The notes under the pieces are model-generated. The model worked only from the letters and a program-made list of their open reading frames with translations, was not told the DNA's origin and ran no database searches. A program made the translations under genes and the position numbers. 50,913 nt of DNA from Mesotaenium endlicherianum (Eukaryota). Positions 1 to 13,395 of the stretch are shown one piece after another. The first letter of the stretch is position 1, and each line of letters opens with the position of its first letter. The DNA lies in assembly GCA_009602735.1 (NCBI GenBank), contig WELA01000805.1, positions 280,879 through 331,791 on the forward strand, given 5' to 3'.

Positions 1-814
1 CAACTTATAAATCATCCTTGCTTCTCCTCTCTACCCTCTCTACACTCCTACAAGCATCACCAACCAAAGCTCCCTCCTCCAAATGAAGCAACTAGGTAGC
101 TCCGATACCATGTGAAAGGGGGAAGGGTGCGGGGAGTGCGCCCATACACACTCACGCACCCTCACCCGCGAGTGGAAGCGTGCACGAGGACCTTTCCTAG
201 TTGCATACACAAGGTGGAGTGGCCTGGTGGTATGCCACCCTTGCAAGAGTTAGAGGGCTACATGAGAGAGGAGTGGAAAAGAACTCACTTTATTAAGAAA
301 AGTCGTGTACAAGATAAGAAGGTTAGACTAGACTAAGCCCCCTTTACTTCCTTATGCTTCCCATTTATCCTTTAACTCTAAGTGTCCTCTCTAGCAAGGT
401 ACCTCCAGAACCTTCTCCTATGGCTCCTTCCATGTACTTGACCTTGCCTAGTTGGACAAGCTAGCACACTCACACGCACACAATCACACTCTAGAATATT
501 CTACTACGCAATCCACTAACTCCTCACGGAGTTTCTAGAAATTCCACGATCACTTTGGCACTCTCCGTAATTGTACGTACCCTCATGTTTCAATGTCCTA
601 CTTTCTGGACTCCAACCGAAATTTTCGTCACTGGACCTGTCCTTGTCACTAAATAGAATCTGTGACATAAAAAATTCACTAAAAACTTCCAAAATTCATA
701 ACTATCTCAATACTTGTCCAAATGACTTGAAATAAAGGCCAAAGTTCTTCTAAAATCACACTCTATGCATATAAAATACTAGAAAGAAACAAACTACACT
801 TTCATAACCTTACA
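1..814 (-). mobile_element. 5' end of LTR retrotransposon A (5' LTR, PBS and leader); the rest lies left of the window
   Basis: GCTCCGATACCA at 99-110 is the reverse complement of the tRNA-iMet PBS TGGTATCGGAGC. It abuts an LTR-like block 113-814 bounded TGAAAGGG...CCTTACA. Sequence from 815 resumes B-family pol (matches B2 from about 27343), so A interrupts B1 pol. Confidence 0.8.
113..814 (-). repeat. 5' LTR of element A
   Basis: TG...CA termini, adjacent PBS, and terminal motifs resembling B-family LTR ends (TGAAAGGG / ACCTTACA). No second copy in the window. Confidence 0.7.
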
Positions 815-1750
815 GCGGGTCTAACGGGTGGCTTGCTCCTTGATTCCAACTCAATCTTGTGCTCTATATCTCTCTGTGGAGGTAATCCTGGAGGTAGCTC
901 CACAGGAAGCACGCACTTGAACTCCTCCAACAGCGCCTTAACTTGGGCAGGCATCTCAGCAGGCTTCTTCTTCTCTTAAGCAATTGGGCTCTGCTCCTTC
1001 TGAGCAAGGGGATCAGACACCACTACTTGCTCCTCTGGCGACGCGCGCTTGCCCAGGCTTTTAGAATTCACGCTTGCTCCATTTGATGACCGAGCCAGGG
1101 CCACTAAAAATAGGTACATCGCCCTTCACCTGATTCGCCCTGCAAAACTTCTTAACTTGCAGGCTCGACAAAAGACAGTTACTTGTGGTCGTGTCTACCT
1201 CCACCTGTTTCGCTGTCTCCATTCGACCATCACGCCCTTGGATTTTCACTTGTACCGTGCTCCAGTGCACTTGAGGGTCGGCTTTTCTCAGCTATGGTCG
1301 GCCCAATATCACCTCATGGTGACCTAGCTCTGTCTGCTCCATAACTTCCTTACGCAGGTGCCCAGCTACTTCCACGTGAATAGCTTCCGTAGGTGCACCA
1401 CACTTGAGTCTCTGCCCATTCGCCAAAATTGCCTCCTTAGGCTCATAATGCTTCTGCACAGGGATTCGCCACTCTTTGGCCAGCTTCTTGTGCACAAAAC
1501 TTGCACTTGCGCCACTGTCGACCATACACTTCGCCTTGTTGCCGTCGACCACTCCTTCCACGATAATAGGCTTGTCAACGACTCGTCTTTCACTTCTCGG
1601 CAGGCTCCTGGGTATAACCTCCTTGTGGATTCCCATCTTCACGCCAGTAGACACCCCAGAACGACTTACTGGCGTCCTCCTTTTTCCTGTTGCTGAGATT
1701 GCATCGCCTTCACACGACAGTCTCGACCCAGATGCCCAAGCTTGCCACAA
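815..1750 (-). pseudogene. B1 pol N-terminus (aspartic protease to pre-RT), disrupted and truncated
   Basis: ORF 1292-1750 contains MVDSGAS and VILGRP; the W codon is mutated to a stop at 1292; continues to ELPPGLPP before element A interrupts. Confidence 0.85.
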
Positions 1751-2689
1751 TTATAGCAGGGTCCTCTTGGCTTAAAATTCTGCTGCCTGCGCTAGTATTG
1801 AACAAGTCCCAACTCCATAGGTACTGGACCTTGAACACTCGTGCTTGGCACTTGAGAGTCAAAGTGTCGACATCCTCCAAAGTTGTGGCTGCCCCACTGC
1901 CTCTAACTATACTCCACAGCGTTGACCCTTGTTGCCAATGCCATCATTTCTCCAAGACTGGTAGGGTCCTTGAGCGCCACTTCCTTGGCCACAATTGGCT
2001 TGAGTCCCCTTTTAAACTTGTCCATCATCTCCGATTCGTGCGTGGATGGACATTGAAGCACCAGCTCGTTGAAGCGCGAAACATACTTCTGAACGCTTCC
2101 AGGTTGACGAAGGCGCACCAATAGATCTCGAGCAGTAGCCTCGGGTGCGATAGGTAAAAATTGCCTCTTCAAAGAGCTAATCAACACTAGCAGGAATTCC
2201 AGACAGTTGATCCTCTCGTTCATACCAAGCTCCAGCACTCTTCTTCAGCAAAGTAATCACAAAGGCGACTTGCTTTTTGGGTGTGAGCACAGAATACTCC
2301 ATAAACTTCTTCATTCCAAAAATCCATTTATGAGCAGGCGGCGATCCACGCTCTCTCGTATACACGTCAGGCTTAGACGCACGCACTCCCAATGCAAATG
2401 GAATAATTGGTTGCATTACTCGTTAAACATAAATTGGTGGTATAGCAGGTGCAGGTGCTGAACTCGTCAAAGCGGTGCTGCCCACAACAATTCGCACCAT
2501 TCTCTCCACCTCCGCGCGCATATTTTGTTGAAACTGGGCGTAGACTTGTCCTCCAATTGCATTCGTCATTTGCCTTAGCATCGCCTGCATCTCTTGTTGC
2601 ACTCTGGTCATGGTTAGCGCTGCCTGCGACTCCACGCGCTCAACATGCTCGACATGTTCGCCTCCTCCAGCTGCCGTCTGCGACTCCAT
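1666..2689 (-). pseudogene. B1 gag, disrupted
   Basis: Fragments 2423-2689, 2177-2416 and 1903-2238 (LRQPGSVQKYVSRFNEL, retrotransposon gag motif) are broken by stops/frameshifts; zinc-knuckle region near 1730-1770. Confidence 0.8.
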
Positions 2690-3315
2690 AATATAATATG
2701 CAAACTAGCCCAGCTTTGATACCAGATGAAAGGGGCGGAGTGCCCTAGTGGAAGCGTAGTGGCTCACGAGAAAAGAACTTGTTGCAATCATACTAAAGAG
2801 TGCAGCGGCATATTACTAAGAAAGCCTAGGAAAATTACTCAACATTTTGAGTAACAAAAAACTGCTTACAAATGGACTTGGATGAAATGCTTCGTCATAA
2901 CAAAGTCGTAGAAATTTACAGAAGTGAAAATCGATTAAAAATGAGGAAGTTATATCTATTTATAATTTTCTGACCTAAGCCCTCCTCTCCAGGCGGGAGG
3001 GCCGCTTAGCAACGGATTTTCCTAAGTGTTTGTCAAATCGTCCCTTCCAGAATATTCGTGAGTGGGCCAGATCAGTCTCATCTGACGTGTCGGGTTGATT
3101 TGACGTCCACATGCATGCATCCAAGTATCTAGGATATACTAACTTAGACGCGCTAGGCTAATCCGAAAGTTCTAGGTAAAGCGACCTAGTCGGCACTCCG
3201 CGTCAGCCAAAGTTACGTAAAGGTTTGGATTCACTCTAATGGGCCAGATCGCTCAACGCCGTCGGTTAGTTCGACGGTCGCGCTCACCGCAAAATCAAGG
3301 ACATTCGTCAACCGA

Positions 3316-3946
3316 TGTAATGAATCAGTATATTGGTGGATATAATGTTCATTCAAATATAATAGTTAAATAAGTTCAGCGTGCTGAACTTTAGTTAATA
3401 TTGAGTCGGCTGGACTTTAATAAATAATCAGTTTAATGACTCAGCCAGGGGCAACGTGCTGAAGTCAACACAGGTCAGCTTGCTGACACATTCTTCGACA
3501 GCCAGCTGACTTCCGTACTCGGTAGCAGTGAACTGCCTAGATATGCATCTAAGTGTGGTGTGCTAGATGAATGGCCAGATGACATCTTAGGATGGATGGC
3601 GATTCAGGATGATGGGAGATGGCGGTGGATTTGGTTAACCGAGGTCCTACCAACGTGGTCAACTCCCGGGTAGGCGGTGCCATCGCACTTGCCGTTGAAC
3701 AGTATACTCATTCCATGTACATAAGCTAGGTAGTGCCCTTGAGTTTGGCATTCAGAAACGAGGCCAACTCTTTGTACAGCATACTAAGAGAACATCTGAA
3801 TCCAAGGCTGAAAGTCATTACACGAACTGCTTACTAACCTTGCTTACGTACGAGTTTTTTGATTGTGATTGATGCTCGTAGCTTTCATTCGACTTATGAG
3901 TAGTGCTCTTGCTAGTTGAGTGGTATTTTGTTGACTAGTAACTTAA
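3316..3946 (+). repeat. C-family LTR (C0), truncated by D1 insertion
   Basis: Starts TGTAATGAATCAGTATATT like 7062, 15185 and 32902; colinear with them until D1 begins at 3947. Inserted into the B1 LTR after ACCGA. Confidence 0.85.
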
Positions 3947-4449
3947 TATAGTGATATGAGTTAGAATAAATTAATTCTTTTTTATTTAATGCTTTTGAAT
4001 ATTTTTAAAGTAATTTTGTGTGGATTCAAGTGTGCATAGATACTTCAGTGACTGGGTTTATGTCCTTTGAACCTTCTAAGGCATTTTCAAAATTAGAGGA
4101 AGGACCTAGAAGAACTCCATGTGGCAAAAGTCAAATATGCCATTTTTAAGTCAAAAGGACATGTGTACATTATTCTAGAAAGAGGTGGCAAGTTTTGGGA
4201 TGTGTTGGGTGCCAACGCTTCAACATACACCTTCCTAGAAATTACTTATGTAACAAGTATATAAACATGAGCTAGAACATAGAAAGGCATTCTAGAATCA
4301 CTCTTGTACTTGCCAAATTCCAGAAATAAATTAACTTTCAAAAAGCCATCTCTCTTTCAAGAAGCTACCACTTGTATTTAAAAGATCCTTGTCTTGAATA
4401 GATGAAGTATTATATTTTACTAAGTACTTTATCTATCTGTTTCACTACA
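3947..4449 (+). repeat. D1 5' LTR (503 bp)
   Basis: TATAGTGATATGAG (TG mutated)...TTCACTACA followed by the PBS; reverse-complement homolog of the D2 LTRs. Confidence 0.9.
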
Positions 4450-4486
4450 TTGGTATCAGAGCTAGGCACTCTAGTAGCACAAGAAG

Positions 4487-5683
4487 ATGACCGATCCTCA
4501 AGACCAACAGCAAGCTTTTGAAGGAAGCACTTCATCTCTAAGAGACCCTCCTCCAGCGTCGATGAGAGAGCCCACTCAAGAAAATCTGCAACAATAAGAA
4601 GCACCACAAGGAAGAGCATCGTCAAATCCCGTGGAAGCCGCTATAGAAAAGTTGACCCCACCACAAGGGGTTCCCGCAAATGAGTGGGCAGCCTTGCTAA
4701 TGACCGTCCACAACGAAGTGGGCTTGGCCACCTATGAAGCAACCGTGCAAGCGCCAAGAGAAGCTATGGCTGCCATGGTTGCTCCTATTGCAAGCGACGC
4801 TCCAAATCCAACCACGGCTCAAGCGCCTCCACAAGAGCCTACGAGAGCAAGGAAACTCATCAAGCCGGCAAACCCAACACTTTCAACCCAGGGAAAGGAG
4901 CCAACCTGACCTTATGGCTCTACCAAGTGGAGACGTACCTCGCATTCCTTGAAGTACCTGAGGAGGACTACGTTCCCTTTGCCGTTACCTTACTTAGAGG
5001 AGCAGCAACATCATGGTGGCATAACTATCAAGCGGCTATATATCAAGCTATGGCGCACCCCGTGCTCGGCCAAGAGCCCCCACCATCATATGCAAGATGG
5101 GCAGATTTTCGTGAGGCCCTCAAGAAGCAATTCATGCCCATCAACGCGGAGAAGATTGCCCGAGGAAAGCTCCACCATCTCAAGCAAACGACGTCCGTTC
5201 AAGAGTATACATCCAGATTTCACGCCCTCACTCTTGAGATCCCCAACATGTCTCTCGAGGAGAAGATTGAACGCTACATCTTTGGCCTCAAGCCCAAGGT
5301 GGCAAAGGAAGTGGAATTACGCGACTTGACGGACTTCTCAAAGTTCATTGAAGTGGCCCAAAAGGTGGATACCTTGGATTTCATTGCCTTCATCTTCACG
5401 GGCACCGACAACACGGGTGTACGCGGCCCCTTCCACATCCAAATCTGGACCCACACCCATGGAAATTGGAGTCATAAGAAAAGATCCCGCGGCTGCTCGG
5501 AAGAGTGGAAGACCCTCCAATGACACTTATGATGCAAGAAACCAGCAAGGAATGAAAGTAAGACTCTCCCTGGTTGAAAAAGAAGCTTTCATGACGGCTA
5601 GACTATGCATTTATTGTAAGAAAAAGGGCCATCGCGCACTCTCATGCCCCAAAAAGTTGTCAAAAAACGGACAGCGCCAATAG
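4487..5683 (+). pseudogene. D1 gag, disrupted
   Basis: Fragments 4631-4909, 4927-5523 and 5348-5683 match D2 gag ([28 protein letters not shown] knuckle); frameshifts and stops. Confidence 0.9.
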
Positions 5684-7061
5684 GCCAGGAGCCTGCCACC
5701 CCAAAACCCACTTCACAAGAAGACAACAAGCCAAGTGAGGTGGAGACCCCCGTTGAAGATGATGTCCCAGCCCCAATGAGTTTGAGTGGTTACCTTGGAG
5801 GAGAGAAAGTCCACATCTGGGTGGATTACGGAGCTCAAGGCAACTTCATCGCAGCAGATTTGCCACCAAGCACGGTATTACTATGCGAACTCTTGACCAT
5901 GACGAGGAGATTATGATGCCCGACGAATTCTCCTATACTACCCCTTCCAAGAAGACGTACCCCTTGGCACTCTCTATCAAGTCCTTCAAAAATCGAGTAG
6001 TGCTTTTCCCCATGCGATTGGGCAAGTACGACGTCATCCTAGGGACGCCTTGGTTGACCAAGCACAACTCCCAAGTTGATTGGAGGGACGGTACTATCAA
6101 GATCAAGAATGACATCACTTCAAGAATCTGTATTTTGCGCGCAATCCAGAATATCTTGACCGAAGACATCAAGAAGCCGGCACACGAGATAGTATTGTCC
6201 GCCCTCCAACTCAAGAGACTTGTGAGGAAGGAACACGAGCTTCTTTTGGCCTTGATCACGCCAAAAGACATCAAGAAAGATATCGAGAGTCAAGAAGGCA
6301 GCCCCCTTCCCAAGGAGATGCAAGAAGTCTTGCAGGACTACAAAGAAGTGTTCTCCCCGGAATTGCCCAAGGGCCTACCCCCCAAAGAGATACGTAGACC
6401 ACAAGATAGAGTTGGAGCCCGGAAGCAAGCCCATCTCTCGGCCTACGTTCAAAATGTCATACACGGAGCTAGACGAAGTCAAGAAGCAAATCAAAGAGCT
6501 ACTGGAGCATGGCTTCATTTGACCTAGCAAGTTGCCATTTGGAGCCCCGGTGCTATTTGTCAAGAAGAAGGATGGCACCTTGAGGATGTGTGTGGACTAT
6601 CGCGCCCTCAACAAGATCACCATCAAGAATCGATACCCGCTGCCGCGCATGGATGAGCTCATGGACCGGCTGGTTGGAGCCAAGTACTTCACGAAGGTGG
6701 ACTTCAGAAGCGACTACCACCAGATTGGCATCGCCTAACTTGACATAGAGACGACGGCGTTCAGAACAAGATATGGACATTTTGAATTCATGGTCCTGCC
6801 ATTTGGACTCACCAACGCGCCAGCAACTTTCATGACTATGATGAACACCATATTTCAGCCCATCTTGGACAAATTTGTGGTGGTATTCATCGACGACATC
6901 CTTATCTACAGCAAGACCCTTGAAGTGCATGCAATACACTTGAAAGAAGTCCTCGAAGTATTGAAGCAAAACAAGCTATTCGCAAAGGAGTCAAAGTGCA
7001 AGTTTGCTAAACCAGAAGTGGAGTTCCTAGGTCTCCACGTGACTGCTGATGGCATCAAGAT
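5644..7061 (+). pseudogene. D1 pol part 1 (protease, RT), disrupted
   Basis: [33 protein letters not shown]; frameshifts and stops; ends at GIKI where C1 is inserted. Confidence 0.92.
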
Positions 7062-7779
7062 TGTAATGAATCAGTATATTAGTAGATATAATATTCATTT
7101 AAATATAATAATTATTTAAGTTCAGCCAACTGAACTTTAGTTGATAATCAGTCTGCTGGACTTTATATTAAATCAGTTTAATGACTCAGCCAGAAGCAGC
7201 AGGCTGAAGTCCACTTAAGTCAGCTTGCTGACACATTTTTTGACAGCCAGCTGACTTCCGTACTCGGTAGCAGCGAACTGCCTCGATATGCATTTAAGTA
7301 TGATATGCTAGGTGAATGGCCAAATGACATCCCTATGATGGATGGCTATTCGGGATGATGGGAGATGGCGGTGGATTTGGTTAACCGAGGTCCTACCAAC
7401 GTGGTTAACTCCCAGGTAGGCGGTGCCATCGCACTGGCCGTTGAACAGTAAATTCATTCCATGTACATATGCTAGGCATTGCTCTCGAGTTCGGCGTTGG
7501 GAAACGAGGCCAACTCTCTGGTACAGCTTACGAAGAAAAGCTTGAATCCAAGGCGGGAAGCCATTGACACGCACTGTCTTCCAACCTTGCTTCTGTATGA
7601 GTTTACTGATTGCATTATTGATGCTAGTTTACTTGCATTTGACTTACGAGTACTATTCACTACTAGTGTGTTGTCCTTTGCTGTTAAATCAATTAACGGA
7701 AAATACCATAAAGATTACTTGCTGATATAAAGATCTTTATTAATTGATTATCGCCTATTTGGTAAGTCGATTCATTTCA
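7062..7779 (+). repeat. C1 5' LTR
   Basis: TGTAATGAA...TTCATTTCA, direct repeat of 15185-15902 (roughly 28 differences by eye). Confidence 0.97.
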
Positions 7780-7780
7780 G

Positions 7781-7792
7781 TGGTATCGGAGC
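7781..7792 (+). promoter_or_regulatory. Primer-binding site (tRNA-iMet) of C1
   Basis: TGGTATCGGAGC, 1 nt after the LTR end; complementary to the 3' end of initiator Met tRNA. Confidence 0.92.
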
Positions 7793-7813
7793 AGTTATCA
7801 CAGTCTTCTTTGT

Positions 7814-9292
7814 ATGGTAAGGACAAGGTCTCAAACTAGCAACTCCCGAGACATGGAGAACCAGGATAACGAGAATGTCGGAAACCAGGCGGAAAGCCAT
7901 ATAGCGGGAACCCGTACCTATTCTGAAGCAGTGGCAGATACTGCAGCTAGAAAGGCTGCAGATGAGGCAGCTGCTATTGCCGCAGTCGCAGCACAGCAAG
8001 CTGAGGAGGAGAGAGCCAGATTAGAAGCTGAACAATTAGCAAAAGCTGTTGAAGATATAGAAAGGAGGGAAGGACAGCCCGCTGACGAGCGCACGGTTGA
8101 AGAACTTATGGCGGCCGGGGCCAATGTTCTGAACCCACCTCCTACTATACAACTCAATGTACCCCTAGGTCAAACACTTGACCGGCTGAATGCGGCAGGA
8201 ATTGCTGCTGCAGGAGCGAGAGGGACTGTTGAGGACATTACTCAGCGAGTAGATGCCAATGCTGCTGCTGCATTTGCTAGACTACCACCCCAGAGTGTAG
8301 ACTTGGGAGCATTGTTCGTTCAAATGCAGTCGCAAATGGCGACCATGTATCAGTTCCAACAGGAGGACAAAAGAATCATAATGTCTCTACTGCGGGACAG
8401 AGACCAACTGGGGTCTCAAACCACTGGTGGTGGTGGCAGAGGGCCTAGTAAGCCCAAGCCAAAACCTCCCCAGGACTATGATCCTGAGGGAAACATAAAA
8501 TATTACCTGATCAAGTTTCTCGAGGATGTTGAGCAGTGGCTGGAGAACTACCCAGAACTGCAAGATTACGAGAAGGTCAGGCACACCGGTGCGCTACTGA
8601 AAGGTAGTGCCGCAGACTCGTGGCTTTACTGGGAAGGAGAGCGTAAGGCTCAGCAACTCGGTGACCCTACGTGGGTAGAGTTTGTCGAGAAGTTGCATGA
8701 GAAGTTTGATGTCATTAACCAGCAGGAGAAAGCTATCTATGCGATGATCTCCCTGACACTGAAGCAGACCAATTCAGTTGCTGAGTTTGCCCAAAAGTTC
8801 CAGGAGAACATGATGAAACAGCCAGACTTGCCACAACGGTATAGGATAGCATACGTCAAGTATGGCTTGAAATCCGAAGTCTCTGGTCATTTCGCTGAAA
8901 AGAAGTATGAGAAACTGGCTGACTTGATCCAGGATGCTGATGCCTGGGATCAGCAGCAATTCAATCACAAGCGCCAGAGTAATACTTTGGTGTCTAAGGT
9001 TGTCAAAAGGCCCCACGGTTCCTACAATGCAATTGAAGGAGACCAGGCTGAGGATGATCAGGATGATGAATATGAGTATGAGTATAATGCTATACAGTCT
9101 AGAGGTAGAGGTGGTTTCTCTCGAGGCGGCTATGGAAGAGGTGGTGGTAGGACCAAGCCAAGACCAGCCTCATCAAAATCCATTTGCTACCATTGTCAGC
9201 AATTGGGCCACTACAGAGAACAGTGTCCAGTCAAGCACCTTTCGAAAGTCGAGAGAAAAGACCAACCTTTAAAAGACAGCAACAGTCAGTAA
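7814..9292 (+). CDS. C1 Gag (492 aa, intact ORF)
   Basis: MVRTRSQ start, [14 protein letters not shown] gag motif, RGG-rich tract, [18 protein letters not shown] knuckle. Confidence 0.92.
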   Translation: MVRTRSQTSNSRDMENQDNENVGNQAESHIAGTRTYSEAVADTAARKAADEAAAIAAVAAQQAEEERARLEAEQLAKAVEDIERREGQPADERTVEELMAAGANVLNPPPTIQLNVPLGQTLDRLNAAGIAAAGARGTVEDITQRVDANAAAAFARLPPQSVDLGALFVQMQSQMATMYQFQQEDKRIIMSLLRDRDQLGSQTTGGGGRGPSKPKPKPPQDYDPEGNIKYYLIKFLEDVEQWLENYPELQDYEKVRHTGALLKGSAADSWLYWEGERKAQQLGDPTWVEFVEKLHEKFDVINQQEKAIYAMISLTLKQTNSVAEFAQKFQENMMKQPDLPQRYRIAYVKYGLKSEVSGHFAEKKYEKLADLIQDADAWDQQQFNHKRQSNTLVSKVVKRPHGSYNAIEGDQAEDDQDDEYEYEYNAIQSRGRGGFSRGGYGRGGGRTKPRPASSKSICYHCQQLGHYREQCPVKHLSKVERKDQPLKDSNSQ

Positions 9293-12200
9293 TCCAATCT
9301 ACTGACTGTGAGGATGCTAGAGATAGTGAGTCGTCACTAGCTGCCCTCGTAGCAGGTATTATGGGTCCTGCTGAACTGGATTCACTATGCATGCCTGACA
9401 ACCAGATAAAGGAGACCATCAGCAATATAGACATCCAGAGAGTGCACACTCTGGATGCTCTTGTTCCACCTGATGTCCAACATTTCTTTGCTAAGTCAAG
9501 AGAACAATGCGAAAGTCATGAAAAGACAATCCCCCCTATCCTACTGCATTGCATGATTGCAGGTAGGAAGGTGAGGGCATTTGTTGACGGAGGGGCGTCA
9601 CATACTTTTATCCACAAGGACTTAGTTAAGCGGCTAAGGCTGCCTATTGTCACCCAAGGGAATAGAAAAATATTCCTTGGAGATGCCTCAAGTATCCCGG
9701 GAGGAGTTATAACCAAGCCTATTGAGGTCCAGTTAGGTTCTGGCATTGCAGTTCTAACTGAAACGCTTACATTTGAGGTACTCAACACTGGCTTTTATGA
9801 TCTCGTGCTAGGCAGGTCCTGGCTTAATAGACATCAAGCTGAAGTGTGTTGGAGCAGAGGTACAGTTAAAGTGAGAGGAGCCAGTGATGGGCAGACTGAC
9901 TTGGCACCCACCAGTGCTCTTCCTCTTGTCCTGTGTGGATGGCAAATGAAGGAAAAGAAGAGGCTTCCAGAAGGATGCAAGTTGCTGAATGCAATGGAGT
10001 TCGTCAAAAGCTGGAACCAGAAGGAAGATAGAATGTTCTGTCTGCTGCTAAGAGAGGTACCTCCTCAACCTGAAGAAGTGGTGGAGAAAAAGGTAAGCCC
10101 TCCAGAGCACCCAGCTGCTGTAAAAATTGTTGCTGAGTACACGGATGTATTTAATATGCCTCCAGGACTACCCCCGAAGAGAGAAGTAAATCATAGGATT
10201 GATTTACTACCTGGAAGTCAACCACCCTGGCAACGCACTTACGGCTTGTCTTATGTGGAGAGCGAGGAGTTGAAAACACAGATTGCCGAGCTTGAGGAAA
10301 ATGGTTATATTTCTCCCACTAAATCACCTTACGGCGCACCCATCCTATTTGTTAAGAAAAAGGATGGCAGTATGCGGATGTGTGTGGATTACAGAACTCT
10401 GAACAGAATTACACTAAAGACCAAGTATGCTTTACCCAGAATCGAGGACTTGCTTGATACCCTGTCTGGTGCTAAGGTGTTCAGTAAGATAGATCTCAAG
10501 AGTGGTTATCATCAAATCAGAATTGCTGAGGGGGATGAACACAAGACTGCCTTCCGCACACGTTATAGACACTATGAGTTCAACGTGATGCCATTTGGAC
10601 TGACTAATGCTCTTGCGACCTTCATAGGTGCTATGAATGACATTTCAAGACTGTATTTGGATAAGTTTGTGCAAGTTTTTTTGGATATTTTAATTTTCTC
10701 TAAAGATGAAGCCCAGCACATTGAACACTTAAAAATAGTCATAGACACGCTGAGAAGACATCACTTATATGCTAAAATGAGCAAGTGTGATTTCTTTAAA
10801 GAAAGTATTGAATTCTTAGGCCACGTTGTCAGTAAAGAAGGCATCAGTGTGGATCCTAAGAAAGACCATAAGGGACTGGCCAGTATACCAATCTGTCTCT
10901 GAAGTTAGATCCTTCCTCGGGTTGGCTAACTACTATAGGAGATTTATTAAGAATTATTATACAAAGGCCAGTAAATTGACTAACCTTACAAAGAAAGACA
11001 TAGGATATGTATGGGGGGAAGAGCAGCAGGCTGCCTTCCAGACCCTTAAAGATGCTCTTTGTTCTGCCTCAGAGCTAGCCGTGTATGACCCCAGCAAACC
11101 GGTGCAGGTGTTCACTGATGCCTCGGACTTTGCCATGGGTGCTATTTTGTTGCAGCCTGCTGACAAAATCACAAAGGATGGTAAGGTACGGCAAGAGTGG
11201 CACCCTGTGTTGTACAAGTCTATGAAATTTAATCCAGCAGAGATTAATTACTCAGTGCATGATAAAGAGCTGCTAGCTATCATTCATGTGCTCAAACAGT
11301 GGAGAGCATACTTACATGGTAAAGCTCTTAAGGTGATTACAGATCATCTAGCTCTGACTCACTTTCAGAAGAAGTCCAAGCTGTCAAGGAGGGAGAACCG
11401 CTGGAGCCAGATGCTGGAGCAATTTCAAGTCCAGATTGACTACAAACCAGGGAAGTTGAATCTTGCTCATGCACTGAAGACCTTTAGTCAGCATGCTGTA
11501 GATAAAGTCTTGTGTGCACTCACTTCACTAAAGGTGAAAATGTCCTTCCTTGAACAATTTAGGAAAGCCTACCTTTCTGACCCAACATTTGAGCCCAGCC
11601 CCACTACTGGTATGTGTCGTGCTACTGCACTCGGGTATAAGCTTAAGAGATGGGTCTGGGTGACTGAAACCACTTCAGGCAGGCTGAAGCTGGTCGTTCC
11701 TAATAACGTGGAAATAAGGTCCCTTTTATTGAGTCAAGCACATGACAGTTTACTGGGTGGGCATTTGGGGCAGGCCAAAACTGTTGGCAAACTGGCAAAA
11801 CATTATCATTGGGAGGGATTACCTCGGGAGGTCCTAAAATACGTTAAGTCCTGTGACCAGTGTCAAAAGAATAAGTCTAGGCACACACCACCGGGGGGCC
11901 TCTTACAACCGCTGCCCATCCCAGCTGGCCACTGGGAAACAATATCCATGGACTGGGTGGTCACACTGCCACGAACTGCCAATGGGCATGATTCGATACT
12001 GGTTGTTGTGGATAAACGGACAAAAATGGTCATTCTTATCCCCACAACTGTCAAGGTAACTGCACTCAAAAAAGCGAGACAGTTCTACAACCATGTAGTA
12101 TGCCAACATGGGCTACCCTCTAATATAATCTCAGACAGAGACACGAAATTTACCTCTAAGTTTTGAACAGCTTTAATGGGGTTAATGGGAGTCAAGCAGC

Positions 12201-13066
12201 TGCTCAGCACAGCAAACCACCCTCAGACTGATGGGCAGACTGAAGGAGCTAACAGATTTCTGCAAGAGTTACTGAGAGCCTATATTAACCAAAAACAAGA
12301 TAATTGGGATGACCTGTTACCTCAAATCTAGTTTGCGGTCAACAGTGCGGTGCACGCGTCAACGGGCAAGTCTCCTTTTGAAGTAAGCCTGGTTAGAGTC
12401 CTCAAGTCTCCTTTAGATGTCCTAGGGGAGTCTTTAATTCAAAGGGATTGACAATCCGGCCTCACTCCAGTTAATTCAGGATTTTGCTGACACCCTGTCA
12501 GAAGTCCAGCAGAACCTGCACAAAGCCCAAGAAAACCAACAAAAGTACGCTAATCAGCACCGTCGAGAACTGACCTTTTCTAAGGGCGATTTGGTCAAAC
12601 TGCATTCTCAGCACCTGTACCTCCCTGGTGTGGTCAAGAAAAAGCTTGGACCTGTTTGGGTCGGCCTCTATTCGGTGGTGCTCCGTGTCGGTTAGAATGC
12701 TTACAAACTGAACATGCCAAATACAAGGGTCATCCGGTCTTGAATGTCTCCTTCCTGGAACCTTACATCAAAGGTGATACACTGTTCACAGGTCGGTTAC
12801 CTGTCCAACCGGGACCGGTCCCCGCTGTCCGGGACGGCGACCTTGAGGAATATGAGGTTGAGGAGATTTTAGACGCGCGCTCGGTCCGTCGATCGTCTAA
12901 ATATGTCATGAAGTACCTCATTCGATGGAAGGGTTACGATGCCTCTGGGGACACTTGGGAATTTAAAGTCTATTTGACTAATGCCAAAGGGGGCGTTGAA
13001 ACGGTTCCACTTTCGGGCGGCTGGAGCACCTCCCTAACAGTCATTTCAGTTGACACGGGAAGGTGA
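9268..13066 (+). pseudogene. C1 pol (PR-RT-RNase H-integrase-GPY/F-chromodomain), disrupted
   Basis: FVDGGAS protease; [13 protein letters not shown] catalytic motif reads FLDILIFS (one Asp codon missing); TDASDFAMGA RNase H; HDSLLGGH/CDQCQ and SMDWV integrase; YEVEEILD...YLIRWKGY chromodomain. Frameshift near 10860 and stops from 12164 onward. Confidence 0.95.
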
Positions 13067-13395
13067 CAGGAGGTCCAGTCTCCATTTAAATCGGAGGGGC
13101 AAATATGACAGTTAGTATGCGAGAGCGAGAAAGGGACAGTTATGTTAACTTTAAGTGTCAGCATAGTGACAGAGGGGACAGCCTGGCCCACATAAAGCAC
13201 CTTTAGCTGAAGGAAAAAGGAAAACACATTCATACGTTTATGTCTAGCACACCGCAACTACGTCAACTCCTAGCAATCACCCTGTAAGGTAAACAGGAAC
13301 GAATATACCATACTAATACGAACTTACTCCCTTCCTGCAACTTCTAGGATAAAGGTCAATATCCTACTAACTTGGGCCCTGGCTACATGTGCAGA

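Larger units (their letters stand above)
815..3315 (-). mobile_element. Ty3/gypsy element B1, partial (part of 5' LTR, PBS, gag, protease, start of RT region)
   Basis: PBS (reverse complement) GCTTTGATACCA at 2713-2724; LTR 2727-3315 homologous to 23887-24627 and 29306-30048; gag and protease (MVDSGAS) colinear with B2. Cut by element A at 814/815 and by a C-type LTR at 3316. Confidence 0.9.

Noticed and set aside
7308..7730. Short ORFs inside C LTRs that recur at 15431-15853 and 33151-33333
   Set aside because: They recur only because the LTRs are repeats; no protein motifs, and not kept open across all LTR copies.
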